A stretch of 64,000 nt of DNA from an uncultured Verrucomicrobiae bacterium (lineage in GTDB: Bacteria; Verrucomicrobiota; Verrucomicrobiia; Chthoniobacterales; UBA10450), in assembly GCA_963756875.1 (NCBI GenBank), contig CAVWPA010000003.1, positions 640,001-704,000 of the forward strand. The letters run 5' to 3'. Below are positions 59,172 to 64,000 of the stretch, one piece after another (position 1 is the first letter of the stretch; each line of letters opens with the position of its first letter). The notes beneath the pieces were generated by a model. The model worked only from the letters and a program-made list of their open reading frames with translations, did no database searches and was not told where the DNA came from. A program made the position numbers and the translations under genes.

Positions 59172-62100
59172 TCACTCCGTTCGGAATGACAGGACGTCTC
59201 GCAAAAACGGCGCGGTCCGGCTTATTCGGTTCTTCGCGACTTCCTCCGGTGTACCAAACGCCACAACCTCGCCGCCCTCAGCGCCCGCTTCCGGTCCCAG
59301 ATCGACGATGTAATCGGCTTCCGCAATCACGCTCAGGTTGTGCTCGATCACGATCACGGTATTGCCCTCGTCGACCAGTCGATGCAAAACCTTGAGCAGA
59401 AGGTCGACATCGGCCATGTGCAGGCCAATGGTCGGCTCTTCGAGCAAATACAACGTCGATCCCGGCTTGCGCATTTTACGGATGCGCTCGTTTTCCGCGC
59501 GGCCGACGCCGCGCTTGAGCTGCGTGACGAGCTTGAGCCGTTGCGCTTCGCCGCCGCTTAAGGTCGGACTCGGCTGGCCAAGTTTCAGATAGCCGAGCCC
59601 CGTATCGGCAAGCAACAAAAGAGGTCGCGCAATTTTCGGGTGCGCGGAGAAAAATCCAGCCGCTTCTTCGATCGTCATCTCCATCACATTGCCGATCGAT
59701 TTTTCGTTATAGAGAACTTCGAGCGTCTGCGGGTTGTAACGTTTTCCCCCGCAATCCTCACACGGCACCAGGGCGCTCGGGAGAAAATTCATCTCCAGTT
59801 TGATCACTCCCTGGCCTCTGCAGGTTTCGCAGCGTCCACCTTCCGCGTTAAAGGAAAAGCGGCTCGCTGAATAGCCGCGCACGCGTGCAACGGGCAGTTG
59901 CGCGTAAAGATCCCGGATCTCATCGAGGACCTTGATATACGTGCCGGGAGTTGAGCGCGAAGTCTTGCCGATGGGCGCCTGGTCGACTTCGTATACCGCC
60001 TCGATCTGATCCGTGCCGCTGACTGGAGGGACACGCTCTGTCGTGTCCCACTTTAGTTTCATTTGCTTGGACGCGACGGAGCGCGTCCCTCCATGCTCCA
60101 ATTGCTCGCGCACCGCAGGCAGCAGCACGTCGTGCATCAGAGTCGATTTGCCCGAGCCGGAAATGCCGGTGATAACCGACAGGCGGCCAATGGGGAATCG
60201 AACATCGACATCTTTTAAATTATTAACGCGCGCGCCGTGGATCTGGATCCAATGTTCCACATCGCCTAACGAACGACGCGACTTGCGAGTGGGATGACAA
60301 AGTGGCGTCTTCAGGCAACGCCCTGTTTCGGAGTCCGCGTTCTGTTTGATATCCTGGAACGTCCCGGTCGCCACGACTTCGCCACCGTGGATCCCGGCGC
60401 GCGGGCCGAGATCGATAATGTGATCCGCGCGCCGCATTGTCTCTTCGTCGTGCTCGACAATAACGAGTGAGTTTCCTTTTTCGCGCAGCGCCGTCAGCGT
60501 GTCGAGCAATCGCAAATTATCGCGAGGATGCAGACCGATGGTGGGCTCATCGAGCACGTAAAGAACCCCGCGCAAATTCGAACCGAGCTGCGCGGCAAGG
60601 CGGATCCGCTGCGATTCGCCGCCGCTCAATGTTTTTGCAGACCGGCCGAGCGGTAGATAACCGAGCCCGACATTTTCCATGAAATGCAATCGTTGTTGAA
60701 TCTCGGGGACCAGGTCCGCCGCGATTGTCTGGTGCGTTCCGCGGAAACGCAGCTTGTTAATCAACTGTGCGGCTTCGGCTGCGGAAAGACTTGTGAATTG
60801 ATCGATCGCGTAGTCCTGCACGCGGACGTGGCGGGCGACCGAATTCAATCGCGAGCCGTGGCAACTCGGACATTCGCGCGCCTCGCCTTCCTCGATCCAT
60901 TCCGATTCGCGCTCCGCCGCGAGCTCATTTTCCAGGTACCGACTCGCCGTCGTCGCTCTGCCCGGTTTGTAAATCCTGGTTCCAGATTTCGCCGAACCCA
61001 CCGCACTCTTCGCATGCGCCGTGCGGCGAGTTGAATGAGAACAATCGCGGATCGAGCTCTTCAAACGCGCGGCCGCACCCCGGGCAGCTCATTTCGGTGC
61101 TCATCACGGCCAGCCGATTTTTGGAATCGAGCAGATGCGCCGTGCCGCGGCCGATCTCAAGCGCGCGCTGGACGAGATTGCGCGCCTTTAAAATTCGCTT
61201 TGCATCGATCGATCCCACGACCACGTCGATGGTGTGTTCCTTGAACCGCTCGAGTTTTCGGAAATCGTCGATCGCAATCAGTTTGCCATCCACAAAAAGC
61301 GTTTCGAATCCCTGTCGCTCCGCCCAGCGCGCGACGTCGGTATGGAACCCTTTCCGGGCTTTGACCAGCGGCGCGAGCACCTTGAGCGGGCCGCGTCTTG
61401 CCGCGGCTTCGAGCTGTTTTACAATCGCGGCCGCGCTCTGTTTTTCGACCGGCAGATCGCAATCCGGACAAAACTGCGTTCCGGTTTTCGCAAAGAGCAG
61501 ACGCAGGAAGTGATACACTTCTGTCACGGTCGCCACCGTCGATTTCCCGCCGCCGCGCGTGACCCGTTGCTCGATGGCGACACTGGGCGGGAGACCTGCG
61601 ACCAGATCGACATCGGGCTTTTCAAGCTGCTCAACGAACTGCCGCGCGTAAGGCGACATGCTGTCGAGAAAACGCCGCTGGCCTTCCGCGAAAAGAATAT
61701 CAAATGCGAGCGTCGATTTTCCCGAGCCGCTCAAGCCGGTGATCACGACCATCTGGTCGCGCGGAATTTTCACGTCGATGTTTTTGAGATTGTGCTCGCG
61801 CGCACCGCGAATCTCGATCACGCCATTTGCTCTTGGATTGGTGAGCGCACGCGCCTCGCGTGCTCCGCTCGACGCCCCGCCGGGGGGCTCTTCGGCTGCA
61901 CGCAAATAGATGTCGTCTTCTTCGTCTTCGCTCGTGTACTTCGCGCGGGTTCGGAAAGTTTCCGGCGAGGCGCCGGAAGTCCGAGCCGGACTGGCGTTAG
62001 CACGCGAGGCGCGTGCGCTCCCCAGAATTGCCCGCAGAAATCTTCCGGTGTGCGATTCCTCGATCTTCGCGATTTGTTCCGGCGTTCCGGATGCGACCAC

Positions 62101-64000
62101 TTCGCCGCCTTCGTCGCCGGCCTCCGGGCCGAGATCGACGATGTAATCGGCGCATTTAATCACCTCGAGATTGTGTTCGATGACCACAATGGAATGACCG
62201 CGATCGACCAGCCGTTGAAAAAGATGCAACAGGATCGCGACGTCATCGAAATGCAATCCAGTGGTCGGCTCGTCGAATATGAAAAGGCTTCCAATTGGCG
62301 ATCTTCCTGTAGTGGCAGCCGTGCCGGCTGCGCCATTGTGACTTGCAGGCGACACGCCTGCCGCTACAGATTTTTCCGCAAGATGGCGCACTAATTTCAG
62401 GCGTTGCGATTCGCCGCCGGAAAGCGTGTTGAGCGGCTGGCCCAGCCGTAAATAGCCGAGTCCCACCTCCTCAAGCACGGCGAGTGGAGTTGACAATGCT
62501 TTCTTCTCGCCGATCTGCGCGAAGAAACGGATCGCTTCGCTTACCGTCATTTCGAGCAGATCGTGGATCGATTTGCCGTGAAGCTGGATTTTTAGCACGT
62601 GAGACTGAAAACGGCGGCCTTCGCATTCGGCACAACGTACGTAGAGATCGCTGAGAAATTGCATCTCGATTTTTTCGAAACCGGTGCCGGAGCAGCGCTC
62701 GCAACGTCCGCTGCCGGAATTGAACGAGAACGCGCTCGCCGTCAGGCCCTGCGACATCGCTTCCGGCTGCGCGGCGAACAGTTCGCGCACCCGATCATAC
62801 AAACCAAGATACAAAACCGGAGTGGAACGCGGCGTGCGCGCAAGTGGGGATTGATCGACCATCACCACTTCGTTGATGCGATGTGCGCCGGTGACGCTTT
62901 TGCAGGCGCCCGGTTCCTGATCCAGCGATTGACCCTTCGCGCGCAAAAGGTTCCGGTAAAGAACCTCGTGAACCAGCGTCGATTTGCCGGAACCGGAAAC
63001 GCCGGTTACGCATGTAAAATTTTTGAGAGGGAGATCGACATCGATCTTTTTCAGATTGTGCTCACGCGCGCCGCTGATTCGGATTGATGTCGTCGATTTC
63101 CGTCTCCGTTTCGGGACCGGAATCGATTTGCGGCCGGAGAGGTAATCGAACGTGAGGGATTGGGGAGCGCACGCGCCCCGCGTGCTGGCGATCGCGCCCT
63201 CGCGATCGCGAACTTTTTTCGATTGCGCAGCCTTGGGAGTCGTTACGTCTGAGGCATTTCGGCGAGGGCGCCGAAACGTGCACGCGAGGGCGCGTGCGCT
63301 CCCCGGATTTCCGTTATCGCGCGCAAGGAAATCGTTCAGCGGTCCGCTCCAAACCAGTTCGCCGCCCAGCTCGCCGCGGCCGGGCCCGAGGTCGATTAAA
63401 TTATCGGCGGCGCGGATGATTTGCTCTTCGTGTTCGACTACGAGCAACGTGTTGCCTTTATCGCGAAGATTGTGCATGACGCGGACGAGCCGGCCGACAT
63501 CGCGCGGGTGCAAGCCGACGCTCGGTTCGTCCATGACGAAAAGCGTGTTCACCAGCGAAGTGCCGAGACACGTCGTCAGATTTACGCGCTGCACTTCGCC
63601 GCCGCTCAATGTGCGCGTCGAACGATCGAGCGTCAGGTAACCGACGCCGACTTCGCATAAATAATTCAGACGCGCGCAAATCTCTCCGCGCAACATCTCT
63701 GTTGTGGAATCGTTAGGCGGAATTTCGATTCCCGACAGAAGATTGCGCGCCTCGGAAATGGAAAGCGCGGCGAATTCGGGAAGAGTGAACTGTAGCGGCG
63801 CTCTATGAGCGTCGCTTGAATTCATCCGACGGTCATAGACCGCCGCTACAGAAGAAATCTTATGATTGAGCGTTTCGGGCTGGAAGCGCGTGCCGTGGCA
63901 CTTCGGGCAGGTGGTGTATGCGCGATACCGGCTGAGCAAAACGCGCACATGCATTTTGTAAGTTTTGCTCTCGAGCCAGCGGAAAAATCCGCGCACGCCA
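59172..64000 (-). CDS. uvrA: Excinuclease ABC subunit A, tandem double-length form (5' end outside window; apparent +1 frameshift at about 60935)
   Basis: Four LSGGE signatures and three Walker A motifs ([24 protein letters not shown]) plus CxxC zinc modules in one chain once the frameshift is repaired. Confidence 0.95.
60024..60093. repeat. Family D element in frame in uvrA
   Basis: TGGAGGGACACGCTCTGTCGTGTCC...GGACGCGACGGAGCGCGTCCCTCCA; encodes [23 protein letters not shown]. Confidence 0.88.
61839..62024. repeat. Family A element in frame at the junction of the two UvrA halves
   Basis: TGGTGAGCGCACGCGCCTCGCGTGC...GCACGCGAGGCGCGTGCGCTCCCCA. Confidence 0.88.
62307..62369. repeat. Family B element in frame in uvrA
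   Basis: CTGTAGTGGCAGCCGTGCCGGCTGC...GCAGGCGACACGCCTGCCGCTACAG; encodes [20 protein letters not shown]. Confidence 0.9.
63162..63304. repeat. Family A element in frame in uvrA
   Basis: GGGGAGCGCACGCGCCCCGCGTGC...GCACGCGAGGGCGCGTGCGCTCCCC; inner segment matches the 8864 copy in reverse orientation. Confidence 0.92.
63790..63851. repeat. GTAG-type family C element in frame in uvrA
   Basis: CTGTAGCGGCGCTCTATGAGCGTCG...CGACGGTCATAGACCGCCGCTACAG; encodes [20 protein letters not shown]. Confidence 0.88.

Noticed and set aside
60925..60945. Programmed frameshifting or true pseudogenisation of uvrA, pbpC, htrA and the methyltransferase
   Set aside because: No slippery heptamers, no other decay in these genes, and the indels cluster at GTAC or homopolymers, favouring sequencing error; not provable without reads.
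63162..63304. Coding inserts as inteins or introns
   Set aside because: Too short, no Cys/Ser...His-Asn intein ends or intron core; they match intergenic DNA palindromes.

Overview
Gene-dense, moderately GC-rich bacterial chromosome segment, most likely a soil Verrucomicrobiota (Spartobacteria/Chthoniobacterales-like; inferred from protein style, double-length UvrA and the ECF-kinase pair). It holds mainly core genes: a membrane-arm-only complex I cluster nuoH-J-K-L-M-(ORF6N)-M-N, lipB, ruvC, gatCA, rlmI-like, purC, mdh, malQ, uvrD/pcrA, alpha-2-macroglobulin-pbpC, tRNA-Thr(CGT), trpC, pal, thiD, rnc, purD, htrA-like, tolQRAB, lgt and a tandem-fused uvrA that runs off the right edge. No prophage, transposase or CRISPR array is seen. 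The unusual content is at small scale. (1) About ten families of 30-190 bp palindromic or periodic repeat elements occur both between genes and in frame inside proteins (five in UvrA; others in UvrD, RlmI, NuoN, PbpC, alpha-2-macroglobulin, an MBL hydrolase and TolB). (2) A GxxExxY nuclease-family gene is tightly bracketed by inverted 10-bp-period repeats, and gene-less periodic inverted repeats occur elsewhere, suggesting an autonomous/non-autonomous element system. (3) 30-33 bp mini-inserts nest inside other repeats. (4) The complex I cluster has two nuoM genes and a 26-residue extension of the NuoL lateral helix. (5) About eight single-base frameshifts are present, four directly 5' of GTAC, suggesting modification-linked sequencing errors. 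All counts and alignments were done by eye.
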